Positions 49,292-61,040 of a stretch of 64,000 nt of DNA are shown piece after piece. The stretch's first letter is position 1. Each line of letters begins with the position of its first letter. Made by a program: the position numbers and the translations under genes. Source of the stretch: Botryllus schlosseri (lineage: Eukaryota); contig CM119376.1 in the NCBI GenBank assembly GCA_051294905.1, forward strand, positions 21,886,001-21,950,000. Direction: 5' to 3'. The notes beneath the pieces were generated by a model that was given only the letters and a program-made list of their open reading frames with translations, was not told the DNA's origin and ran no database searches.

Positions 49292-52200
49292 TGAACTTGG
49301 CATCCAGGCTGCCTACATGGGTAACAATTGTTCACAGCAGCTGCTATACAATTCGTGTGGGCACCACATGACACATAGATATAAAATGCATACACTAATA
49401 TAAAATAACGGCAACACTTACTGCAAAAGTTCGCATGCACGAAAAATGGTGGCCCCATTTAATAGCAGCACGATCGTAAAACTGGCATGCATACGACAAT
49501 TCCATATAAGCATCACTCTAATTTCGACACATTTGTATCGCAAACCATAGGTTTCAGTTCCGTACTGGTGATGGAAGGGCTACGCCTCACTATACATAGA
49601 CACGCCAATCAGATTATCCAGCCAAGCAAATATACCACAAGTTATGGCGAGCTCATTCCAATCAACCATCCGAAACTGCCCACTCTTTTCCAATCTTTAG
49701 ATTTTGATGGTATTTAAGTTTTTTATATATCATGACCAGGCAAGCTATTCCCTGCTAGGCATAATACTTATATACTTTTATATTTGATTTTCGATTTCAG
49801 GGTCCATCCACTCTTACATAGGGGCGGGAGGATATAGCCCAAATCTGCATTTACTCATATAGGCTCGACTCCAGTGTCAAGAATGCCATCGTCTTAGCTC
49901 AATGAACACAGCTATCGTGCCAAATATGGCGCCCTACTTGTGATATTATTCTTGACCAAGTATTATTCAGCATTACTTTCATCGAATTCTCTCTATATGG
50001 AAGGCAACAGAATTATAATTATATTATTTAACACAAGCAAGATAGGGTGGTTACATATCTGTCGCTTTCGCAACGGCATATTCCTTATTATAGCAGCTTC
50101 GTATGGGTAGCTAGGTGATTCATAGATCACCCCTAATCGTTTCAGTTACTATAGCCTTCTTCATAATCTAGACATTATGGTGCTACCTTCTTAGCTTTTA
50201 GGTGGGGAGGTAGACCTTATCGGAATCCTAATGAGACCGTGTCGATTTCATTAATATATACATAACTACATAATTGACTCATATCATCATTATTTCATTT
50301 TTGTTAGTACACTGATATATCACAAAACAAGCGAATTCCAAGCATTCCGTTTACAGTACATATATTACACCATTGCTATACATTAGGTAGTACATTTGTA
50401 GTGCTTAGGGTATATGCATTATAATTCTCAATTAATAAAATATCAGTCGTTATTTTTAGGATTAGCTAGCTTCAGGTTTGCAATTAAAACTAGCATCATT
50501 TTTTTCAATTACAATACATGATACAAAATTATGGAAATTAACATATATAACTATAGTAATCTACAAAAGGAATTTCAACTCAATCACGGCAATCTACCCA
50601 GCATTCACCTTCAAGGTGAGATATTCATGTCCAGTCCAGTTTTATTTCCCGAGTTGACGCGTATGCAAAACTCTGCACTACGGCATTCAAAAGGGGGTAT
50701 AAATGATTCTCTTTGCCTAAATAATTGTCTTAAAAAAAACTTTTTTGTTGGCCTAACAGGCTCATTTTTTTGGACGAATATATTTATATATAATTATATT
50801 TTTTTGTGAAAATTTTATCTTTTTCTAATCGCCATAATGTTAATGTTCTACATACATGCATCAATTTTTATTTTTATATCATTTTCATTTTCTGACGGAT
50901 ACCACAAAATATTTACAACGAAGTTACTCCCCCTTCTTTTAATTAGCGGAGGTTGCCATGAAGCCAAGCTATTCCCTAGTGTCAAGGCAGTATGGAGAAT
51001 CTGAGCATGGTTTTTCCTCAAACAGAATTATTTATTTTTCAAATGGCGACTAGGCGCAGCGTCTGGTAATCAAAGTGCGCTGCCTCCCTTTGGGAGTGGG
51101 GGTAATAAAGGGCATTATGATTACACTCAATTCAGTATAATAATAGTATCTCTACAAACAAATAGGTTAGTGCGCAGTCGGACTAAATATAAGCCGATCA
51201 CTACAAGTATCATGATGACAAAATGCTCGATACCAACTGCAAACAATTAGAATAGTACATAACTCATTATTAGCCAATCAATAATATCATATGTGCGCCA
51301 TAAATTACATTTATAGATATGAAAGGTTAATTCATACGGGTGTTGACACAGAAAATATTTCGTCTCAAATAGGGGAAGTGTCACATAAATTCAAACCTTT
51401 AGGCAGGGTAGTTCGGCGTTGTTTCTGGTAACTAACGCCATATCGCGTTGCCACAAATAGGGATCATTAACAGAATTTAAACACGAAAAGTAAGGCATAT
51501 ACCAACATATAGGTTTATTGTCCACCCTGGCTACGGGGTGTATTCAGTATTATGGGGTGTTTTTGTATAGGATCTCCAATTTGCTAGATCAATTAAGACT
51601 AAATACTATTAGCACGTTTACTGACCAATTATTTTCTTTTAACCTGTGCTAATACAGCAGAGCTTACGCAAAGTGTGGGAACGTCATAATAGTGTTACAA
51701 GCTGGCGAGTATTTCTAATAATAGGGAGTCACATTGGTTTCAAAATATATCACCATCTTTGAGGCGCAATAGATTTTGAGTCATGACAACTCTTGTGCTT
51801 AGCCAAATAAGTAGGTGGTTCTGAGCATGCCGAGTCGGGTTTACAAAAGCGTTATCAACCACAATGATCCGTTGCACTATGTTAGCTGATCAGTATACAG
51901 ACTGGGTACCTGGTTATCCTCAACAGGGAACGAGCACAGATTTAAATGTTGGGAAATCGGTAGTGTCAATAATCACGCATGCGCAAAACTGCTAAATTGA
52001 GTGAAGCCCTAACATATATAGAGTAGAGCCTGAAGCATTAGAAATTGTAAAGACAAGTCGATATGACGCAGCACCAAAATCGCATGCACATTGCACAATG
52101 CACATTCATCAGATACCGTTCCGAAAACACACTATATGCCTACGAAAGTGTAAAGGCATAAGCATTATTTATTCGATTTTAGCCATGCACGAAGCTTGCT

Positions 52201-55200
52201 ACAAGTGAGCACCAAACACTGTGGAGTGCGGATAATAGACATTCCATGAAAAAGAGTTACGCACCGCAAGCCAGATTACTCAAACATCATTGTAGCCCGA
52301 GCAGAATTTAGCAATACTGAATAACGAGTTGATTTTGAACCGCGTATTTCAACCAATTTCAAATCACTTATCACCGTTTTAAACGCCTTGCACATATGTC
52401 ACGGACTATAGCGCTTTTCAAGCGTATCGCATCCGCACACTATTTTAGGCAATATATTGATCGGAACAGAGATTATTAGCTCGGGGGCAATGAATGCGTA
52501 TGTTTTGGCTTGATCATAGGTTATAAGTGCGCCACCAATATTTTTACGGAAGGTCTACATCTATTTGGTAGCGAACTTATTGAAATTGTGCATAGGCTTG
52601 ATAATTACCACTAGCTGACGCCGTGAATCTAGTGTTGTTCAGAAAAGTTTATGGAGCTGACACAGAATCAACTTTGGCGAGATCTAGCGCAATTCCACTT
52701 GCGTCACGCACGATTTAATGCGAATTGATTTTACGACTCCAATATCGCAGTGTCGTGTAATCTGATCCCAACAGCACAAATGCGAGCCGCAGAAGAAAAT
52801 CAGGTGATCCATAAAAAATACGAACTTGGAATTGGGTACGTCTCTCGAAAGAGCGTCGTTTATGGCACGCCTAGGCGAGTCCAACATTTCGACAATCCCG
52901 ATGTGAGGCCAAGAAATCAAAGCATGCAACGAAATGACCAATATTAGGGCGACCATTCTTTGATATACATGAGAAATTCAAAAATTATATCGTTGGTTAA
53001 AAAAATTTTCAAAATTCTGTACGTAATTCAAATTTGCTTTGCAAACAACATTTCGTTTCTTACGTAGAGATTGCAGCGGCTGTGACCCTATCCTCTCGCT
53101 TTTTTAGACCACACCCTGCAGCCTATTTTAGGGTCTTATGTTTTCCCAAACTTACGCCCATAACGTAATTCTGAATCTGAAATTTGACGGCTTGACGGAC
53201 ATTGTTTCTCATAGTACATTGGTGTTTCGCGACATCTCAGCAAAAGTGTTATTAAGTTGCGGTCTTTAAAATACGATGTTCGACAACATGGTTGGTATTG
53301 TTGCCAAGGTATTTCGTAAGGACAGCTAGTTCCAACACAAAATGCAGAGACCAACCTTATTTGAACAATGCCTAATTTAAATACTTGAATGCAAAATTTT
53401 GTCAAGATTAAACTCTTAATGTTAATGAATGCAAAAATTATGCATTTATTTAGTGCAAAATCTACCGTTTTTAAAAAAAAAAATCAATAACAATTGTCCC
53501 TCCCAAAGATACATCATCATTAATATTAGACACCAATTTTCAAAGACTTACGCTCATTGATAACAATGATGAATCACACCATAGGGGTCAGGAAAGGACA
53601 AATACTATATAGCAATATCTGCAACTACAAATATCAATGACGAAATTCATATATGGATTCGATAAATCGCAGTATTTACTCATGACATGACTTCTCTCGG
53701 TGCGCCCAAGCCGATACGAACAAACACATTAGTCCTTACTTCATCGGACACGGGTCTTTTAACATGGGATATCTGGCGTCCAGTTACTTCACAACCGAAC
53801 ACTGGAATACGGCAGTAGGCTATATTAATAAACAGAATATGGCCATACAAAGAGAAAAGTTGGCCACCCCTGGTTTAGGGAGTATAGGGATGCTCTCAAT
53901 ATGCGTCAAATCAAATTCAAACCGAGGCCGTAAATTAGCTGCAAATCAAAACATGCGTATGCACCATTATTTATTATACCGTTATTACATTTGGATTTCT
54001 AAGTAACACGACACATGATGCCACCTTCCTTAATTATACGATCTAGTTTTAATAGCCACATCGTTACTTGGATAGAAATCGGATTAAAGATCTTGATATA
54101 CACATATTTCCCAATTCTGAAATTTAGGCTTGTTGAAGCGACTTGCTTGCAACCGAGAACCTTGATTTCGCCAAAATATTTCAAAGTCTTGATCTAAACC
54201 CGGCCATGACGCAATTCTGAGCGTCCCAAGAAAAATTGAAAGTAACGCCCATGTAGGAATTTATGACGTAACAATTGAAGTTACAATTTAGTCACTGTTT
54301 CCATGCACAGTCAAGTTCAAATCTTGTTCGTTGCCCGTGTTACGACATTCAATCTATACCCTTGTTTCAAGCCAAATCAGTTAACTCCTCTTTAGGGAGG
54401 TGACTCAAGTCAATTTCTTAGTCAAATCAACATAAATTTCCAAAATAGAAGACATGACTCAAGGTCAATAGATTTTGCAGACAAATTAACCCAATACGAT
54501 GGACTGCCGATCCATTTGCGAGTTAGTTTACCAATTTAAAGCTTGTTCCAATCATAATGCACAACAACATGCTCAAATTGCATATTTGTTAAATTCAAAT
54601 ACTATAGTGGGACGGTTCCAAATCTTATAACAGGCTCACATAGAAACTCTGGTCAAGGTGAATGGCGATAGCACACTATGGTAAAGTCCTAAATTACAGA
54701 ACAATTAGGCCATCCAACACTATTATACTCGCAAGACCGCTTCCCCAGTTATGAAGGAAACATAGCACTTACTGTTATCACCATTAATTAAGACGTATAC
54801 AAAATAGTTCATCGCGTGTACGGCTCTAAAGCACACGCACCTTGTTGATTCTGAAAGCTAAAAGAGTAGATGTAAGAATAGCCTTGTGAGTTGAATCGAT
54901 AATTTCACAATAGTGCAGACTGCCTAGTGCCCATACATCTGATACAGGATTCCTTGCTCGAGTTACGATACTCACTTAGATATTGAAGCGATTCTGATCA
55001 CTCTATGTTTTTATTTGATGTAGCTGACCTCAAATCTTTGCTCATATATATACGCAAAACAAAATAATTTTCCAACAGGTAAGTAGTTTTCAACCCATAG
55101 TTATCTCGGTCTCGTAGCTATGTAGGCTATATCTAGACCAGGCTGATCCATTCCAAGTCCTTATTCTACGTCTACTTGTAATGATAGGACAATACGCATA

Positions 55201-57109
55201 ATACCAATGGTATACATTAGTACATAAAGACGAGTACAGGAATATACAGTCATACACACATATGAATGTGAATAAGTCAACCTCAGTTTCTCCAAGCTTT
55301 CATCTGAGTATAACTATAAAGATAGACGATTAGGTTGTTATCTAACTACAACCTAAGTATATACTGATGAAGAAGTTAACGTACAAATGCTTATATGCCT
55401 TCAGAGTAAGGAATTGCGCCATCGTTAAAAGGGTTTGGTGGAGGACAAGATAATCGTTCTGCTATTTTGCGAAGTCAATTACCGTACCCAGCGCCCCAGG
55501 AAACTGTCACGAAAACTACTACATTCCTACATAAGAAATTAGTATCCGGATGGCCAGTGGTATTTCCTTTCCAGAAATTGCACGTTGCAGTAGTACCGGA
55601 ATGTTTCTACTCTCACGGCATGCCGTGAGCGCTTGCCTTCCACTTATGACCCTCCCAAAAACCGCACACACAAAAAGAATATTACAACATGGGTTTCCCA
55701 TATTTAGTGGTGGAGCGTTTTCGCCGCGCACGCGATAAGAATGACATAAGGCAGAACATTAGCTGCAAACTCGATTTTGCAGTACTTTGTTAAGACACGA
55801 TTGCCGTCACAGATTTATTGCCCGTACTACACAGACTTGGCGCATAGCAGTATAAATATTACTCCGGTCTACTGCACGAAACCTGCGAACTATATCAGTT
55901 TTTGCCCCGTTTTCTAGAATACGATGGTGGCGTTACTAACTTACCAACAACGACAATCCGAGCACAAAATCGCAGTATCACGTTCAACGATTACAGTATG
56001 ACGTATTAAATTAATATGTTTTACACACTCCGTGTGGCGATTTCCATGGAGGAAATCATTATTTAAAAATTTACATTTTGATCGAAATATGTTGGGCAGA
56101 ACAAGTACTGCCTCGACCATGCAGGATCGTTACCCAGGCCGGATGGCTGGCACCATATGCCTTGTACGATTTAAACTTTAACCGAGGTGATATTGAGTTT
56201 CGCCATGCGTCCAAAAAGAACTAGTGAACCAAGGGAATTATCCTCACAACCAATTTATAGCAAGCAAGCAAGCATTCATGTATCAATTTAGCCCACGACC
56301 GCAGAAACGAGTGCGACACTTTTACAAATAGTTTAATCAGGCCGATGAATGATAATGCCGAGGTAAAGTGGACTCACGTCACAATGGTCAATTCAAGTTA
56401 AGAGCCTTTATTAATTGGTAAACGGGCGTCCGGAAGTTAAAACCGAATTTAGAGAAATTACAGATCTTACGCGTAGAGGCAATTTACTGCCTGAATACCC
56501 AGTATGTGCATGTGCGCCAATACTTTTGCATTTTAACATTCAATATTACCTCACGTGTACGTACAGCCTCATTGCGCGATGTTTGCATCACTTTTGTCAT
56601 TACGGAGTGCTTTATACCGCACGCAAATGACGATAGTAACTATCGCATTTAATTCTGATCTATCGTATACGGTCAACCATAGACGGGAATGTCAAAGTCG
56701 ATTTAGCGTCGCGGGCCGGACCAAAACCTTGATCGTTTGAGCCGGCCCAGTCCAATCAAGCCTGATATCTACCTATAAAACTAGACATATGGTCATAAGT
56801 TCAATTTAAAGTTCATGCACACAGACGGATTACAGAAACACGGGCTCTATTCTAGCAATACGTTCCCGAGAACACATTTTCGAAGCAATCATACTATCGG
56901 GTTGTTGTTCTTTTCATGCTAGTCGTTTTCCGAGTAATGACCTAAGATGTCCAATGTCCATATACGTCACTAGTAATCGCTATTATGCCTTTCAATCATT
57001 CCGCGCTTGTGTGTTTATTGCGTTAACGAGACACCATCCACATTATCATTATTAATACAACAATTATGGTAGCTTAGGTAACATTTTGAAACTACTCCCA
57101 ATTGCTCAC

Positions 57110-57389
57110 CACCGATGAAAGGTTTCTTACGATGTATGTGTTCCCCTTCATTTGTGATACTTTCGAGATGCTCGTCATGTAGCTGGTTTTCTTTAGCGAT
57201 AACGGTAAAGCTGAGGTCAATTGACGTATATTTCGTGGTGCAAAATTCGCGTGATTCAGGGGTTGTCGTAGTCAGCTCCTGCATCGAGTCGCCCTTCTCC
57301 GTTCGTCGCCATTCGATTGACATGATATTAGCTCGGTCGGGAAGAAAACCGGAGTGGTTGGTATATATACTTTTGCCGAAGTCCGCCAT
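57110..57389 (-). CDS. Candidate first coding exon of an unknown gene inside the 12.9-kb insert
   Basis: TTTCAG acceptor near 57424, ATG in gcaATGG context at 57389, open frame MADFGKSIYTNHSGFLPDRANIMSIEWRR..., possible GTGAGC donor at 57109; no homology recognised. Confidence 0.3.
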
Positions 57390-57958
57390 TGCGTCACCAA
57401 CAATTTCCACGGGTGCAGGTTACCTGAAACGAACTGCTTAAACCATAAAACATGTCGCCATTTTAGATTTACATTGCTATATGTGAAAAGCACATTCTCG
57501 TGGGGACTATATCTGACCGTCAGTTCCAGGCGTGTCTGTTTAGTTCAGTTCTGTTGTGATTGGCGTCTGTTGCATGAATAAACTCCCACATTGTTGATTC
57601 GTCGTATTGGTATGTTCGATATTAAGACGACAAAGTTACACGTATTTGTATGATATTTCCTTTTTAACCGAGCGCATAATGTTGCCGGCATGCCTCTGCA
57701 CAAAATGTTACATTTTTAGGTTTGAAGGTTTGTTCGCAAGCGCCCACTCCAGTCGTCATTTCTGGATATGGCAAATCCACGTTTTAACATCCTAGGGCTT
57801 ATAATACACCTGTTCCATATGGGTCGTACTACTCAATCCACCCGCTAATTCCCATTTATGTGCAACATTTACACTTATATAGTGCAACACTTCAATATCT
57901 ACACTCAGTGTTCCCATTATACCCCGTTACTATTTACGGCCTTTTCTACACTTGTACT

Positions 57959-60232
57959 GAAAATTACCTAAATCCTGGAAACATGCTGTAGTAGTTCCTA
58001 TCCTAAAACCACGAAAGGATCCTTCTGAAGCGGGATCATATCGACCCATCTCATTGTCCAGCCATCTTTGTAAGGTTATGGAAGTGATGATAGTAAATAG
58101 ACTTCAGTGGTTTCTTGAGGCGAACGATCTTCTTCATTACTCCCAGTCGGGTTTTCGTCACGATCGCAGTACCCTAGACCATATACTTCGCCTACACGAC
58201 ACCATATATAAGGCACTGAACAATCAGAGATCAGTAGTTGCAGTTTTTCTCGACATCGAGAAAGCCTACGATATGGTATGGCGAAATGGTTTGCTCTATA
58301 AACTGTCTGCCCTCGGCGTACATGGGAGGTTGCTGAAATGGATATCAGATTTTCTGCGTGACAGATCGTTCTCGGTTCGCATTGGTTCTTCGCTATCCAC
58401 CCCATTTCAACTTGAAAATGGTCTTCCGCAAGGAAGCTCTATAAGCCCCATCCTCTTTGCAGTAATGATAAATGATTTGGCACCACATGCAGGTGGGAAA
58501 TGGTCTCTTTGCTGACGACTGTGCAGTATGGGACAGTGAGTTGTCGTTAACTGACGCAGTGGCGGAAGTTCAAAAATCATTAGACGTGATACACAGATGG
58601 TGCTCAGATTGGGGTTTCAAGATCTCTACTGACAAGTCAATTGCAGTGATATTCACCAGAAAAATTAAAGTTGGTCATCATACGCTAGATTTTGGTGGAG
58701 TTCCGTTGAGATTTGAAGATAAAGCGAAGTATTTGGGAGTCACATTTGATAGAAGACTAACATACAAATATCACATTGAAAATATTGCCTCGAAATGCAC
58801 AAAGCGATTGAATATGATACGACTCCTAACCGGCACTTATTGGGGGGCAAGTCGATCTTCTCTGTTACAGTTGTATCGAGCGATGATTAGGAGTACAATC
58901 GATTACGCAATGCCAGCATACTTTTTTGCCGCGAAAAAACATTTGGATGGACTGAATATAATACATAATCAAGCTCTGAGGCTCTGCTGCGGTGCAATGC
59001 GAAGCACTCCGATTTGCGCTTTAGAAGCCGAATGTAACGAGGTGCCACTTCACACCCGTCATTTACACCTCTGCCTTAATTATCGCTGTTTTCTTCTGGC
59101 CCATTCCGCCGACAACAATCCAGCATCGGAATTATTAGATGATACCTGGCACGAAATATACGGTTTGACAAATCCAAAATTTCGAACTTTCAACCTTATC
59201 TCAAAAATCGACTTGCTCCAACAATTCACAATAGATACGTATCGACACACAACTGTGCAACCATGGAAAATTCCTGTTCCCTGCGTAGATTTTCATCTAC
59301 TGCATTCCAAGTGGTCCGATACTTCATTTGAACAGTTACGTCAGAATTCCTTGTCATATATAACAGAAAAATACATTGGATACGACCATATTTATACGGA
59401 TGGCTCAAAAAACGACTTCGGAACGGGATGTGCAGTGTATATCCCAAACCACGTGTCGATAACCAAACGATGTTCCTTGTATTCGTCAAGCTTCACAGCT
59501 GAACTAACTGCTATCTCCGAGGCACTGAAGTGGATTTTAGAAAACGGTTCGTATGACAAGAAATATTTACTACTGTCGGACAGTTGCAGTGCATTGCAGC
59601 ATCTACAAAAAGCGCGTTTCCGAAGGATGAGTAAAGTATCAAATGAAATTTCAACTAATCTACTTGAGCTTAAATTCCAGAAAATACATATTATCTTCGT
59701 TTGGATACCAGCACACGTCGATATTAAAGGCAACGAGACGGCAGACCAATTGGCAAAGTCCGCAGCAACGTCATCTGAAGGGCGGAATCCTACAAATACA
59801 GTTTTGACAAGGCATGAAGCTAAGCAAGTCATACTGAAATATTGCAAGCAAATTTGGAACCAACATTACCTCGAAGAAGATAAAGGCTCTCATTTCAAAC
59901 TTTTTCGTGAATCCCTTCATCATAGTACACCAAGTCTTGAAAATCGCATTTGCGACCGAATATTATTTCGATTGCGCTCAGGTCATTGCGGACTGAACGC
60001 ACACTTGTTTAAGATTGGAATCGCACCATCGCCACATTGTAGCTCCTGCAATGAGCCTGAGACGGTTGAGCACTTTATGTTAGACTGCCCCTCGCATGAA
60101 TTTCATAGAACGTTCCTGCGCCGTGCTTGTGTTTGTATGAATATTCCATTTCGCCTCGTGAACTTACTAACAGATCCAAGCATTTTAAAATACGTGGTAG
60201 AATATGTGCTGAGTTGTGATCGATATATTTGA
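57959..60232 (+). pseudogene. LINE B ORF2, 3' part (RT, RNase H, CCHC), one frameshift near 58500
   Basis: YRPISLS, QSGFR, FLDIEKAYD, PQGSSISP, FADD, KYLG, YTDGSK, WIPAHVDIKGNETADQLAK, CSSCNEPETVEHFMLDC. Confidence 0.93.
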
Positions 60233-60857
60233 ATTGCTGCTAAATTAAAATTTAGTAATGTCGTGGCGCACAAGACCTGACGGTGATAGGCGCCACTCTT
60301 TTTCTTCTTCCAACAATAAATACGAACCGGTAGAAAGAAATGTTATGAGAGAAAATTTTGGATTAATTACGAATATGGATTTTCGAATTTTACCGGCTAC
60401 CTCGTGATATTGTTAGAGTGTGTGAAAATATGATTCCTTGCAAATTTGGCTTGATTCCAATTGGAAGAAGCGAAGTTATTACAGTATAGGATATTTTGGA
60501 TATGAAAAAATAGCCGGCTAACTACTTGTATGTAGGCTAATTATATTATATGAAAGAATTTCTCACTAAAAATACTCCATTAATTTTCGAATCCAAAATT
60601 TTGTCCTCGCATATCATTGATTCTACTTTTTAAAATTTAGCAAGATACAGTGTTCTTTCAATGCAGCGTAACAATTTTATGAAGTAACCATCCAGTAAAA
60701 TAAAACAGAAGTTATTTTTGAACAGCCTTATTGTACAAACATCACACAACATTAGCCATTCGTTATTCTCACATGCACAATGCGCATACCTAAAAACGTC
60801 AAATGGGCGGAGGGTGTCGTGTGTTTTCACAAACGGCAGATCAAATCAATATAAGGA

Positions 60858-61040
60858 GTTACACTTCAAAAATACCAAAGGGGAAAGGGGATCCTCAGAT
60901 ATAACAAATCGGCATGGCCTTAGAATTAATACACATCTACTGAATACACGTTGCACTGGTGCACTAGATGCAGGAATTCACAAGCATTTTGAACCTCATT
61001 GAAAAGCATTGGATACTCATTCTTTCTAGTCGCCCTAAAA
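60858..61040 (-). pseudogene. hAT (Ac-like) transposase dimerisation-domain relic
   Basis: RKNEYPMLF / IPASSAPVQRVFSRCVLILRPCRFVISEDPLSPLVFLKCN resembles the hAT motif IPASSA.vER.FS...R..L....L.FlKcN. Confidence 0.75.

Larger units (their letters stand above)
45038..57958. mobile_element. Unclassified 12,921-bp insertion flanked by an 8-bp direct repeat, without TIRs or LTRs
   Basis: GAAAATTA at 45030-45037 and 57959-57966; removal restores ...WRDGKLPKSWKHAVVVPILKP... in frame. Confidence 0.85.
40639..60324 (+). mobile_element. Full-length I-clade LINE, family B (about 5.3 kb native), interrupted three times
   Basis: 12-bp TSD AACCGGTAGAAA at 40627-40638 and 60325-60336; CATTCG at 40643; ORF1 and ORF2 rejoin after removing 42279-42735, 42945-43950 and 45038-57966. 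Confidence 0.92.

Noticed and set aside
52754-52786. LAFVLLGSDYT, reminiscent of the XPG/FEN1 LLGSDYT motif
   Set aside because: The following G-I-x-G-x-G motif is absent and the frame is bounded by stops; likely chance.
45038-57958. Interpreting the insert as a Helitron, hAT, Polinton or ordinary LTR retrotransposon
   Set aside because: No TC/CTRR ends, no TIRs, no AG-repeat Polinton termini, no TG...CA long direct repeats, PBS or PPT; the gag-protease lies at the 3' end rather than the 5' end.
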